DNA of 64,000 nt from Candidatus Peribacteraceae bacterium. Its GTDB lineage: Bacteria; Patescibacteriota; Gracilibacteria; Peribacterales; Peribacteraceae. The position numbers and the translations under genes were made by a program. A model generated the notes under the pieces. It ran no database searches. It was given only the letters and a program-made list of their open reading frames with translations, and was not told the DNA's origin. Shown in pieces: positions 9,081 to 17,641 of this stretch; position 1 is the first letter of the stretch, and every line of letters begins with the position of its first letter. The stretch lies in NCBI GenBank assembly GCA_028707875.1, contig JAQWAC010000001.1, positions 13,829 to 77,828 of the forward strand. The letters run 5' to 3'.

Positions 9081-9130
9081 GCCCTTCGGCTTCATTGGCT
9101 TCTTCGGCATCTTCGGCATCTTCGGCTTCC
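9081..9130. repeat. right arm of the inverted repeat flanking the four-helix-bundle gene
   Basis: Its reverse complement, GGAAGCCGAAGATGCCGAAGATGCCGAAGAAGCCAATGAAGCCGAAGGGC, aligns with 8568-8607. It ends at the ychF stop codon. Confidence 0.65.
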
Positions 9131-10225
9131 TCACACGTTGAACCGGAAATGCATCACGTCCCCGTCACGCACCACATATTCCTTTCCCTCCGCGCGCATC
9201 TTGCCGGCCTCCTTGGCCTTGAGCTCGCCTCCGAGCGTCACGTAATCCTGATAGGCGATCGTTTCCGCACGGATGAAGCCTTTCTCGAAGTCCGTGTGGA
9301 TGACGCCTGCGGCCTGCGGGGCCGTCCAGCCTTTGCGGATGGTCCACGCACGCACCTCCTGCGGTCCGGCGGTGAAGTAGGTCTGGTAGCCGAGGGCGGC
9401 ATAGGCGGCTTGGATGAGTTGTGAGAGGCCCGAGGAGTTCACGGAGAACTGCTTCAGGAAGGCCGCCGCCTCCTCTTCCGGAAGCTCCTGCACATCTTCT
9501 TCGATCTTGGCGGAAACAGTGATCACCTGCGCCGTGTCCGGGAGCTTCAGTTGCCTGCGGGCTTCGTGGATGCTCACGGTGTGCAGCTGGTCCTCGGCCA
9601 CATTGGCCGCGTAGACGACGGGCTTGAGCGTGAGGAGGTTGAACTGTTTCGCAATCAATTCCTCATCGGCGGGGAGCGGTGCGGTGATCGCCATCTGTCC
9701 GGCCTTCAGTGCGGTGAGAATCTTTTCGAGAACGACGAGCTCCTTCACCTTCTCTTTATCTCCTGTGCGTGCTTCGCTCTGCAACTTCTTCTGCCTTTTC
9801 TCGAGCGAATCCATGTCGGAGAGGATCAGTTCCACTTCCACGGTCTCGCGGTCACGGGCGGGGTCCACGGATCCTTCCACATGGATGACATCGTTGCCGG
9901 GGAAGAGACGTACCACTTCGCAGAGCGCATCGACTTCCCGGATGGCGGCGAGGAATTTATTTCCGAGACCTTCCCCTTTGCTGGCGCCGCGGACGAGGCC
10001 GGCGATATCCACGAATTCGATGGCGGCGGGGATGATCTTCTCGGGCTGCACGAGATCGGCAAGTTTCTTCAGGCGTTCATCCGGCACCTCCACAATGCCC
10101 ACATTCGGTTCGATGGTGCAGAACGGATAGTTTGCCGCCTGGGCGCCGCGGGTGCGCGTGAGTGCGTTGAAGAGCGTCGATTTGCCGACGTTTGGCAGGC
10201 CTATGATTCCGATTCGAAGTGCCAT
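9131..10225 (-). CDS. ychF: redox-regulated ribosome-binding ATPase YchF
   Basis: MALRIGIIGLPNVGKSTLFNALT, FCTIEPN, FVDIAGLV, C-terminal TGS-like domain. Confidence 0.95.
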   Translation of the reverse strand: MALRIGIIGLPNVGKSTLFNALTRTRGAQAANYPFCTIEPNVGIVEVPDERLKKLADLVQPEKIIPAAIEFVDIAGLVRGASKGEGLGNKFLAAIREVDALCEVVRLFPGNDVIHVEGSVDPARDRETVEVELILSDMDSLEKRQKKLQSEARTGDKEKVKELVVLEKILTALKAGQMAITAPLPADEELIAKQFNLLTLKPVVYAANVAEDQLHTVSIHEARRQLKLPDTAQVITVSAKIEEDVQELPEEEAAAFLKQFSVNSSGLSQLIQAAYAALGYQTYFTAGPQEVRAWTIRKGWTAPQAAGVIHTDFEKGFIRAETIAYQDYVTLGGELKAKEAGKMRAEGKEYVVRDGDVMHFRFNV

Positions 10226-10290
10226 GGAGGAGCACGGGATTATTGATGCCTGAGGGCGATTTGTCCAAGGATTTCAGGGGGAGGGGACAG

Positions 10291-10318
10291 TTGACAAATC
10301 TAAGAAAAAAGTTAATAT
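10291..10318 (+). promoter_or_regulatory. candidate promoter TTGACA-N16-TAATAT
   Basis: TTGACA at 10291-10296 and TAATAT at 10313-10318, 16 nt before the ATG at 10335. Confidence 0.4.
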
Positions 10319-10334
10319 ATCTACCTTTGTTTCT

Positions 10335-11522
10335 ATGCATTTCAAGCGCCTCTTCACCACGATCCCGGCGATTCTTCTCCTGCTGACGGGCTTCGCGCCC
10401 ACGGCGTCAGCCGTGACGTTCTCCGATGCCGTCGGTACGGTCTACGATTCCTCTTTCTCCTATCTTTCCGATCGCAACATCATTCAAGGGTATTCGGACG
10501 GCTCCGGACGCCCTGATTCTCCGTTGAACCGTGCCGAAGCGCTGAAGGTTGTCTTGAATCTCGACAGCGAAACACAGTCGCGCGTCACGTGGTTTCAGTC
10601 ACACATGCCTCCGCTCTCCCTCTTCACGGATGTGAGCCAGTCGGAATGGTATGCGCCCTATGTGGAGACAGCGTTCGAGAAGAATCTGATCACCGGTTAT
10701 CCGGACGGTTCTCTTCGGCCGGGCCAACTCCTTCGCGTGGAAGAGGCCGTGGCTCTTCTCATGCGTTCCACGGGTGAGGACAGCAAGGCCGCCGAGCCCG
10801 CGGATCTTTCACTCTACATCGAGAATCGCGGCAATGAGTGGTTTACCTCTTCCATCAATGCGGCCGTCCGTAAGAATCTTATCATGCACTACGGTCGTCT
10901 CCGCCTGAATGCCGCCATCACGCGCGGCCAATTCTTCGACATGGCGTACCGTCTCCATTCCATCCGTGCCGGCAACGAGACCGCCTATACGGGACATGAA
11001 CCTGCGGATCTTCCTCCGTCACTCCCGATGCATGCACGGGATTCCGAAGTTGCGGCCGGCGGTTTTGCATACGGGTCGGAGAAGTACTTTGCGATCTCCA
11101 TGCCTTCTCTCGGCATCAGCGATCTCACCATTACGCATCCGCAGGATCCCTTCTCCAAAGAAGGCATTATGGAACCGCTTCAGTACGGCGTCGGGCATCT
11201 TTTCGGCTATCCCGGTGCGGGAGGCAAGGCGATGATCTACGGCCATTCGAGCGGTTATCCGTGGGACCTTTCCCAATTCACAAAGATCTTCCGTCAGATC
11301 AATAAGCTCAAGCAGGGAGATCGTGTCTATGTGACCTATGAGGGGACGGTCTACACGTACGAGGTGACCTACAACGAGACGGTGGAAGCGTCGGATACCT
11401 CGCCTTTCAATGACAACGGTTCGGGGGAGGAGTTGATTCTCTACACCTGCTGGCCGCCGGACAGCATTTCGCAGCGGTATCTGGTGCATGCGTTGCCGGT
11501 GGGGGCGGTGGCGGCACGCTGA
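10335..11522 (+). CDS. secreted SLH-domain (x3) / sortase fusion protein
   Basis: Signal peptide. Three SLH-like repeats (FSDAVG..IIQGYSDGSGRPDSPLNRAEAL; FTDVSQSEWYAPYVE..LITGYPDGSLRP; a third degenerate). C-terminal sortase fold with catalytic His (IYGHSSG), Cys (LILYTCWPP) and Arg (QRYLVHA). Confidence 0.8.
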   Translation: MHFKRLFTTIPAILLLLTGFAPTASAVTFSDAVGTVYDSSFSYLSDRNIIQGYSDGSGRPDSPLNRAEALKVVLNLDSETQSRVTWFQSHMPPLSLFTDVSQSEWYAPYVETAFEKNLITGYPDGSLRPGQLLRVEEAVALLMRSTGEDSKAAEPADLSLYIENRGNEWFTSSINAAVRKNLIMHYGRLRLNAAITRGQFFDMAYRLHSIRAGNETAYTGHEPADLPPSLPMHARDSEVAAGGFAYGSEKYFAISMPSLGISDLTITHPQDPFSKEGIMEPLQYGVGHLFGYPGAGGKAMIYGHSSGYPWDLSQFTKIFRQINKLKQGDRVYVTYEGTVYTYEVTYNETVEASDTSPFNDNGSGEELILYTCWPPDSISQRYLVHALPVGAVAAR

Positions 11523-11526
11523 TTCA

Positions 11527-11928
11527 ATGGATGCCGAGAATAATCCGTCGGCAGCCAGTCGCCTTCATGACGTATTTCACAATGCTTCATGTGATATTTC
11601 GGTGAAGTGCGCCGTTTACAAAACTCTGGCGGATCTGGTCTGGCTTCTTGTGATGCTTTACGACCGTGACTATCCCGATTGTCCCTGTACGACGTATAAC
11701 GTCGTCGGATTATCCCCCAAATTCCATCGACTGGTGGGGAGTACCTACCCCTCCTTTGAAATGTCCTATCTGGATTCCTATCTTCACTCAAAAGGAACGC
11801 AGCGCGATGACGTCATGCGAAGAGTGGACCATGATGTGGATGTCATTGAGCAACGTTGCATCGATGTTCTGGAAGGTCGTACAACGCTGGATCGGCTGGA
11901 GTGCATGCTCGATCAAGACGGAGCGTAA
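11527..11928 (+). CDS. hypothetical Cys-rich protein
   Basis: ORF starts 5 nt after the sortase stop and is followed by a strong terminator. No family recognised. Confidence 0.55.
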   Translation: MDAENNPSAASRLHDVFHNASCDISVKCAVYKTLADLVWLLVMLYDRDYPDCPCTTYNVVGLSPKFHRLVGSTYPSFEMSYLDSYLHSKGTQRDDVMRRVDHDVDVIEQRCIDVLEGRTTLDRLECMLDQDGA

Positions 11929-11955
11929 AAAAAGAGCGGGTTGCCCGCTCTTTTT
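11929..11955. terminator. bidirectional rho-independent terminator
   Basis: AAAAAAA-GAGCGGG-TTG-CCCGCTC-TTTTT between convergent genes. Confidence 0.8.
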
Positions 11956-11978
11956 GCATGAACATTTGTGTGAATGTA

Positions 11979-12347
11979 TTACTGGTTTTCGGCTTCCTCA
12001 AGGTCCTGCACAACGTTATTGAGCTCATTGAGCAGACAACGCGAGCGGCGCAGGGCACTCTGGCCCGGGCAGTACATCTGGATGATCTCGGGGGCCGCGG
12101 TGTGGGTGTCGATCGGGTTGCCGATACGCTGCGTGCGCCACTCGTAGTTCGGACGTGGCTGACCTTCGTCTTCGATGCCGAGCATCTTCGCCGCATTCAC
12201 GCTGCGGGGATTGCGGTAGACGGTATCGGCGCGGGCGACGAGCATCGCGCTCCATTCATTGTATTGTGAGGCTGCGGCACCGAGCAGCAGTCCCACGAGA
12301 ATCCCGCCGAGGAAGGCGAGGAGGGTGACTTGATGGCGTTTTGCCAT
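11979..12347 (-). CDS. small membrane-anchored protein, paralog 2 (YRNxRS and YCxGxSxxRRxRCL motifs)
   Basis: N-terminal TM (VTLLAFLGGILVGLLLGAAA). Shares YRNPRS and MYCPGQSALRRSRCLLNELNNV with the upstream paralog. Confidence 0.7.
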   Translation of the reverse strand: MAKRHQVTLLAFLGGILVGLLLGAAASQYNEWSAMLVARADTVYRNPRSVNAAKMLGIEDEGQPRPNYEWRTQRIGNPIDTHTAAPEIIQMYCPGQSALRRSRCLLNELNNVVQDLEEAENQ

Positions 12348-12386
12348 GGGAGAGAGAGGAAAAGAAATAAGAAATGGAGATAATGA

Positions 12387-12758
12387 TCAATTGCCGTTCA
12401 GGCGATAGAGGACGCCATTCAGATACTGGATGAGGCACCGCGTGCGGCGCTGATGCGATGTTCCCGCGCAATAATCGGGAACGGGCGTGATGGACGCCGG
12501 CTCGTGACGGCTGTCCGCAGGTTGATCATCCGCGGAACGGACTCCCGGAATCTCCGCGCTGGTCCCGTGAATCGTTTCATTCTGAATGCTGCGCGAATTT
12601 CTGTATTCGGTTGTATTCGTGCGTGAAACCCCCTGTGCGGCGCCGGGGTTCATACCGGAATAGGCGACTTGTGCGAGCTGTGTGACGCTCGCGGAGACGA
12701 GCGCTCCCGCGACGACACTCGCCATAATCGCCACGAGGAGGTGTGTACGTTTGACCAT
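12387..12758 (-). CDS. small membrane-anchored protein, paralog 1 (YRNxRS and YCxGxSxxRRxRCL motifs)
   Basis: N-terminal TM (LLVAIMASVVAGALVSA), YRNSRS, DYCAGTSHQRRTRCLIQYLNGV. Confidence 0.7.
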   Translation of the reverse strand: MVKRTHLLVAIMASVVAGALVSASVTQLAQVAYSGMNPGAAQGVSRTNTTEYRNSRSIQNETIHGTSAEIPGVRSADDQPADSRHEPASITPVPDYCAGTSHQRRTRCLIQYLNGVLYRLNGN

Positions 12759-12793
12759 AAGAGAGATTGGTATGAATGTAAGAAGACATGGAT

Positions 12794-12831
12794 ATTATAA
12801 CATAAAGTATTAATTTAGTAAAATATGTCAA
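12794..12831 (-). promoter_or_regulatory. candidate minus-strand promoter with extended -10 (TGTTATAAT)
   Basis: The minus strand reads TTGACA (12831-12826), then TTACTA-N16-TGT-TATAAT (-10 at 12799-12794), about 35 nt before the ATG at 12758. Confidence 0.4.
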
Positions 12832-12844
12832 ATATGCAATTTGG

Positions 12845-12899
12845 ACGAAGAAATGAAGCTTGTTAGGTTGTAGCTGGTTAGCTTCTTAGAGTACTTCGT
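12845..12899. repeat. word-periodic imperfect hairpin (GAAG/AGCT words), element C; likely terminator of the ATPase gene
   Basis: ACGAAG..GAAGCT-loop-AGCTTC..CTTCGT. AT-rich spacer downstream of the ATPase-1 stop. Confidence 0.45.
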
Positions 12900-12942
12900 A
12901 AAAGATAAGAAGCAAGGAAGCTTAAGAAGCTCTCAGCCGAAA

Positions 12943-15423
12943 TTATCCGATTCTCCGCAGGATCTCTCTGTTGACGAACTCCTTTTGCCTTCCGTATGTC
13001 AGGCGTGACAGTTGCTTAAAGGCTTCGGACGCCTGCGGATCTTTGGCGTAGGTGGTTTCCAGCCACGGACGCGGGACTTCGATGGTGAAGGGGCGGGAGG
13101 GTTTGCCGTCGATGCAGAGCTTCATGGATCCCTTGAAGGCATCCATATTCACGAGATCCTGTTCCGAGAAGACCGGTGCCATTTCCTTGGCACAGACTTC
13201 CGCATCCTGCGGACCGATTTTGTAGAACATCATCGTTCCGATGTTGCCGAAGATCGCACCCTTCAGGCTCGTCTTGCCGGAGAGTTTGTCGTCCTTCTCC
13301 AACTGGTCGATATACTGGTGAGCGAGGATGAGGCCCAGACGGTATTTGCGTGCCTCGGAGAGGATGGATTCGATCGATTCCGTGATGAAGTTCTGGAACT
13401 CGTCGATGTAGAGGAAGAAGTCCCTGCGCTTGCTGTTGTCCTGCTGCTGGCGGCGCATGGCGGCCACCTGAATCTTGTTCACGAACATCATGCCCAGCAG
13501 TTGCGAGTTGATGTCGCCGATGAGACCTTTGCTGAGGTTTGCAAGCAGAATCTTGCCCGAGTTCATCACCTCCGAAATATCGAAGGCGCTCTTGGTCTGC
13601 CCCACGATGTTGCGGATGAGCGTGTTGGTCGTGAATTGTCCGAACTTGGCGGCGAAGTAGGGGATCATCTCCTGCTTCTCCCTCTGGCCTGTCATGGTCA
13701 TCTGCTTCTCCCAGAAGGAGCGGACGATGGGATTCTTCACGCGGGAGACCTTGTATTTCTGCCACTCCTCGTCGGTGAAGAGCTTCACGAGGTCGGTGAT
13801 CGCGCCGCCCTCCTCTTCGTCGTCCATGAGCGTCAGACAGCCGTTGCGGAAGTAGTCCTGAATGCGCGGGCCGAAGACTTCGTTGCCGAACATCTTCACC
13901 ATCATGTTCATCGCATCGAGGGCGATGAGGTCTTTTTCCTCCGGCGTCTTTCCTTCCAGAAGGTTCAGGCCCATGGGGCGCTCGGTATCCGCCGGATTGA
14001 AGTAGATCACGTCATCGGCACGCTCACGCGGAATGTAGGGCAGAAGGTCTTCGATGAGCGAACCGTGCGGATCCACGACGCACATGCCTTTGCCCTGATG
14101 GAAGTCCTGCCGCGCCATGATCTGGAGAATCGAGGATTTGCCCGTACCCGTTTGTCCGATGATGTAGAAGTGGCGGAAACGGTCCTCGTTCTTCATGAAG
14201 ATCTTGCGCTTTTCGCCGCGATAACTGTTGATGCCGAGGAAGAGTCCCTCTTCGGGGATATCCTTCGGGGAAGTCGCAATCTTAAAGTTCTGCCACTTGA
14301 TTGTTTCCACTTTGTTGTATTTGGTGTTCGGCAGATGGAAGAAGCTCGTGAGTTCGCTCGCACCCAACAGCATCTTTGGCGAGGCGATCGCCTGGAGGAG
14401 GGAACGTCTGGGACTGCGCCGGATGAAACGTTCGACGATGGTCCGCTGGTTCACGAAGTGAGGTTTCCGGAAGCTGTTTCCACGCACGTCATCGAACTGC
14501 GCGAATGCGGCGAGGACGGTCTCCAGCAGAATCTTCGAGCGCGCCTGCGTCTCCGCGGACGTCACGATGCGCACGACGCAGTGGAAGCCGGGACTGCCTG
14601 CCTTCTCATCCACGGCTTTGCTGTACTCCTCAGCCATCTGCGAGACCCGTTCGCCGGTGGATTGATTCTCCTGCTGCGGGGTGAGATCGCTGCCCGGAAG
14701 AAACATGCTTGCGACGGCGCCGAGCCAGGTGAGGGGATTCAGGAAACTTCCGTGCTTCTTCTTCGGATTGATCAGACGGATGGCCTCGTCCTGCAGTTTC
14801 TTCTGCCAGCCTCCATCGGCGGGGGTGAGGACGAACTGGATCGCAGCACCTTCGGAGATTTTCAGTTTCGAGAATGCATTGGTGATGGTGTTGAGCGGAT
14901 CGCTCTTGAGTTGCTGATAGGTCCGGAAGACGGACGTGAAGGGTTTCTTCGGGAGAACAACCTGTGCGGAGACCACGGAGGTGTCCGTGAAAATGTTGTA
15001 GTCCTCGACTTCATCGATGATGGTATCCGGATAGAAGGAGGTGAATTGCTTCTCGATCAGATGTGCGACCTTCCGCGGGCAGACGACGAAGAAAAGAATT
15101 TCGCCTGCGAGTGCGGCGTACTCCATCGAGAAGAACGGATGCCCTTTCCAGAAGCGGTCGAAATCGGACGAATGAAGGCTGTGGAGGGACTGATAGAGGT
15201 GATCCATGACTCCGAGCACTTCCTTGAAATCCTGCCCGGTGGAGAACTTTTCCGACTCTCTCTCCTTATCCTCCTTGCTCTCCTTCTTCGGCACCAGCAG
15301 TTGCAGGAAGACGAGGTCCTGCTCGCGTTTGAGATCCGCGCGAAATCTCAGAAACCAGAGGATTCCCCAGCCGAGTGCGGCGGCTGCAAGAATGCCGATG
15401 AGCAGGAGGACGAAGTCCATCAC
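12943..15423 (-). CDS. membrane-anchored VirD4/TraD/TrwB-like P-loop ATPase (T4SS coupling-protein-like), paralog 1
   Basis: N-terminal TM, an uncharacterised ~400-aa middle region, Walker A (HFYIIGQTGTGKSS), VVDPHGSLIEDLL, Walker B (FFLYIDEFQNF), AHQYIDQL. Full-length paralog of 38661-41330. Confidence 0.8.
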   Translation of the reverse strand: MMDFVLLLIGILAAAALGWGILWFLRFRADLKREQDLVFLQLLVPKKESKEDKERESEKFSTGQDFKEVLGVMDHLYQSLHSLHSSDFDRFWKGHPFFSMEYAALAGEILFFVVCPRKVAHLIEKQFTSFYPDTIIDEVEDYNIFTDTSVVSAQVVLPKKPFTSVFRTYQQLKSDPLNTITNAFSKLKISEGAAIQFVLTPADGGWQKKLQDEAIRLINPKKKHGSFLNPLTWLGAVASMFLPGSDLTPQQENQSTGERVSQMAEEYSKAVDEKAGSPGFHCVVRIVTSAETQARSKILLETVLAAFAQFDDVRGNSFRKPHFVNQRTIVERFIRRSPRRSLLQAIASPKMLLGASELTSFFHLPNTKYNKVETIKWQNFKIATSPKDIPEEGLFLGINSYRGEKRKIFMKNEDRFRHFYIIGQTGTGKSSILQIMARQDFHQGKGMCVVDPHGSLIEDLLPYIPRERADDVIYFNPADTERPMGLNLLEGKTPEEKDLIALDAMNMMVKMFGNEVFGPRIQDYFRNGCLTLMDDEEEGGAITDLVKLFTDEEWQKYKVSRVKNPIVRSFWEKQMTMTGQREKQEMIPYFAAKFGQFTTNTLIRNIVGQTKSAFDISEVMNSGKILLANLSKGLIGDINSQLLGMMFVNKIQVAAMRRQQQDNSKRRDFFLYIDEFQNFITESIESILSEARKYRLGLILAHQYIDQLEKDDKLSGKTSLKGAIFGNIGTMMFYKIGPQDAEVCAKEMAPVFSEQDLVNMDAFKGSMKLCIDGKPSRPFTIEVPRPWLETTYAKDPQASEAFKQLSRLTYGRQKEFVNREILRRIG

Positions 15424-15621
15424 AAACGTATCCTACCATTGTACCACAAAATCCACTCATTCAGTAGGGAGTGATATGCCGTTCTTTGGCATCCCTCAGT
15501 CATTCTTCAATGTTTCTAATGTGAGTATTCGTTGGAGTAACTGCAAGTTTCTACTTTTCAATAATGCGCGAAGACAAGCTTTGCTTGTCTGGAGCGCCTC
15601 CTCTAAAGGGAAAGGATAGCT

Positions 15622-15655
15622 CGTGAAAGGGAAACCGCCAGGTTTCTCTTTCACG
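15622..15655 (-). terminator. hairpin downstream of the response-regulator gene
   Basis: CGTGAAAGGGAAACC-GCCA-GGTTTCTCTTTCACG. The loop region resembles the hairpin after dnaG (55068-55103). Confidence 0.35.
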
Positions 15656-15659
15656 CTTC

Positions 15660-16052
15660 TTATTTGTTCCACATCTCCCTCGCCTTCATCAGCGTCATCA
15701 CCTTGTCGAGCAGCGTCTTGATCGTCATTTCGCTCTTGATGAAAAAGTCATCGGCTCCAAGCTCAATGCTGCGTTCCTTATTCTTGGTATCTCCGAAGTT
15801 CGTGAGGACGATCACCGGGAACTTCCGCTGCTCGCGCGGGAAGCGTTCCAGAACACCGAAACCGTCGAGAATCGGCATGTTCAGGTCCAGAATGAGGAGG
15901 TCCGGAACCTGCTTTGTGATCTCGTCGATCGCCTCCTGTCCGTTCTTCACCGTACGCAGCTGAAAGCCCGCAAGCGAGAACTTCTTCACATAGACGTCCC
16001 GGAGGACGGCATCGTCTTCGGCGATAATGATGTTGGCTTGGGCGGGCATCAA
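15660..16052 (-). CDS. stand-alone response regulator receiver domain (CheY-like)
   Basis: IIIAEDD, LLILDLNMP (phospho-acceptor Asp), VLTNFGD, FFIKS. No output domain. Confidence 0.85.
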   Translation of the reverse strand: MMPAQANIIIAEDDAVLRDVYVKKFSLAGFQLRTVKNGQEAIDEITKQVPDLLILDLNMPILDGFGVLERFPREQRKFPVIVLTNFGDTKNKERSIELGADDFFIKSEMTIKTLLDKVMTLMKAREMWNK

Positions 16053-16115
16053 CTATCATTATAGACCTTTTCTTGCCGATAGTGAAGAGCATCTTTCCGC
16101 TACAAGCCGCGTAAA

Positions 16116-16892
16116 TTACGCGATTGCCAGCCGAACATAGGCCAGAACCTTGGCGTTTCCGAGGAATTGTTCGACGGACTTGGTCGGGTCCTTCACGAAC
16201 GGTTGCTTCAGGAGGGCATTCTCTTCACGAAACTTTTTTTCCTTTCCCAGCATGATCTTGTCGAACATCGCCTCGGGCTTCCCCTCTTTCCTGAGCTGTT
16301 CGCGCCAGATCTCCTTCTCCTTCTCCACTTTGTCCGCGGTGACTTCTTCGGGGCGCGTATACAGCGGGCCCATCGCTGCGGCGTGCATGGCGACGTCGCG
16401 GGCGGCCTCCACGGAACCTCCTTCCAGACTGATGATGACACCGATCTTGTTGTTCGTGTGCAGGTACGTTCCGATCGTCGCACCGGAGATCAGGCGCATC
16501 TCGCCGACGGTGATGTTCTCTCCGAGCTTCTGCACGAGTGCCGGAGCGGTCTCCTCTGCGAGCGTCTTGGCGGCCGCTTCCCCCTTCTTCAGAAGGGTTT
16601 CCGCGAGAGCGGTCCCGGCGGCACGGAATGCATCCGCGCGGGAAACGAAGTCCGTCTCGCATTTCAACTGCACGATGGCGGCTTTTCCCGCTTCCTGCGC
16701 AAGGAAGATCACACCCTCGAACTGATCGCGTGCGGCCTTCTTGGCGGCCTGAGCGATACCGCGCTTGCGGAGGATTTCGATGGCCTGTTCTTCATTACCG
16801 TTCGCTTCGTCAAGCGCTTTCTTGCATTCCAGCATGGGGACACCGGTGCGTTGGCGGAGGGAGGCGACGGCGGCGGCGGAGACGGGGGTCAT
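16116..16892 (-). CDS. tsf: translation elongation factor Ts
   Basis: LRQRTGVPMLECKKALDEANGNEEQAIEILRKRG (UBA-like N-terminus). Start at ATG 16892. The longer ORF to 17354 runs through rpsB and is not credible. Confidence 0.9.
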   Translation of the reverse strand: MTPVSAAAVASLRQRTGVPMLECKKALDEANGNEEQAIEILRKRGIAQAAKKAARDQFEGVIFLAQEAGKAAIVQLKCETDFVSRADAFRAAGTALAETLLKKGEAAAKTLAEETAPALVQKLGENITVGEMRLISGATIGTYLHTNNKIGVIISLEGGSVEAARDVAMHAAAMGPLYTRPEEVTADKVEKEKEIWREQLRKEGKPEAMFDKIMLGKEKKFREENALLKQPFVKDPTKSVEQFLGNAKVLAYVRLAIA

Positions 16893-16930
16893 AAAGCGAG
16901 GGGGAAGGGGATAGGGCGTAGGGCGTAGGG

Positions 16931-17641
16931 TCAGGCTTTGAGTTCTTCGGGGGAGCGCTCTTTGGAGGAACCTCCGAGGGAATCGCGGACCGTGAGGAGA
17001 ATCTTGCCGATCGATTTCACGGCGTCGTCGTTGGCGGGGATGAAGATTTTGAAGAGGGAAGGGTCCACGTTGCTGTCGCAAATGCCGTAGACGGGGATCT
17101 TCAGGATATTCGCTTCCAGGACCGCCACGCGATCGCGCAGGGCATCGATGACGAAGACGGCATCGGGGATCTTGTTCATGCCGGAAACGCCTCCGAGGGC
17201 GGTCTCGAGTTTTGCCAGCTTCTTGCGGAGGGAGGTCTGCTCCTTCTTCGTATACTTCTCCACCTCGCCGGAACGGAAAGATTCCTTCAGATCGAGGAAG
17301 TACTTGATGCGCTTCTTCAGAGTGGACCAGTTCGTGAGGAGGCCCGGGATCCACTTCTTGGTGACGGTGGGCTGACGGAGCGATTCGCCGATCTCTTCAA
17401 TCAGCGGGATGCTCTGTTGCTTTGTGGAAATAAAGAGGATCGACTTGCCCTCATTCTGGAGCTTCTTCAGCTCGTTCACGGTCCTTTCCAGATGCGCACA
17501 CGTTTGCGTGAGGTCGAAGATATGGATGCCTTTGCGGACGCCGAAGAGGTACGGCGCCATCTTGGGGTGCCATTTGTTCTTCGGGTGACCGATGTGGCAG
17601 GCGGCGGCGAACAGGTCTTTTTCCGTGGGGAGGGACGACAT
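16931..17641 (-). CDS. rpsB: 30S ribosomal protein S2
   Basis: LFAAACHIGHPKNKWHPKMAPYLFGVRKGIHIFDL. Start at ATG 17641. Confidence 0.9.
   Translation of the reverse strand: MSSLPTEKDLFAAACHIGHPKNKWHPKMAPYLFGVRKGIHIFDLTQTCAHLERTVNELKKLQNEGKSILFISTKQQSIPLIEEIGESLRQPTVTKKWIPGLLTNWSTLKKRIKYFLDLKESFRSGEVEKYTKKEQTSLRKKLAKLETALGGVSGMNKIPDAVFVIDALRDRVAVLEANILKIPVYGICDSNVDPSLFKIFIPANDDAVKSIGKILLTVRDSLGGSSKERSPEELKA

Noticed and set aside
13012-15474. Very long antisense ORFs opposite real genes: 13012-15474, 4997-6607, 19190-20620, 27474-28601, 40143-41501, 46825-48555, 53459-54985, 55030-56253, 61493-63025 and many shorter ones.
   Set aside because: They mirror well-supported genes on the other strand, have Arg/Gly/Pro/His-rich low-complexity translations with no motifs, and are the expected shadow ORFs of a high-GC genome.
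16893-17354. N-terminal extension of the tsf ORF (16116-17354).
   Set aside because: The extension runs through rpsB in a different frame and is Arg/Pro-rich. EF-Ts homology starts at the ATG at 16892.
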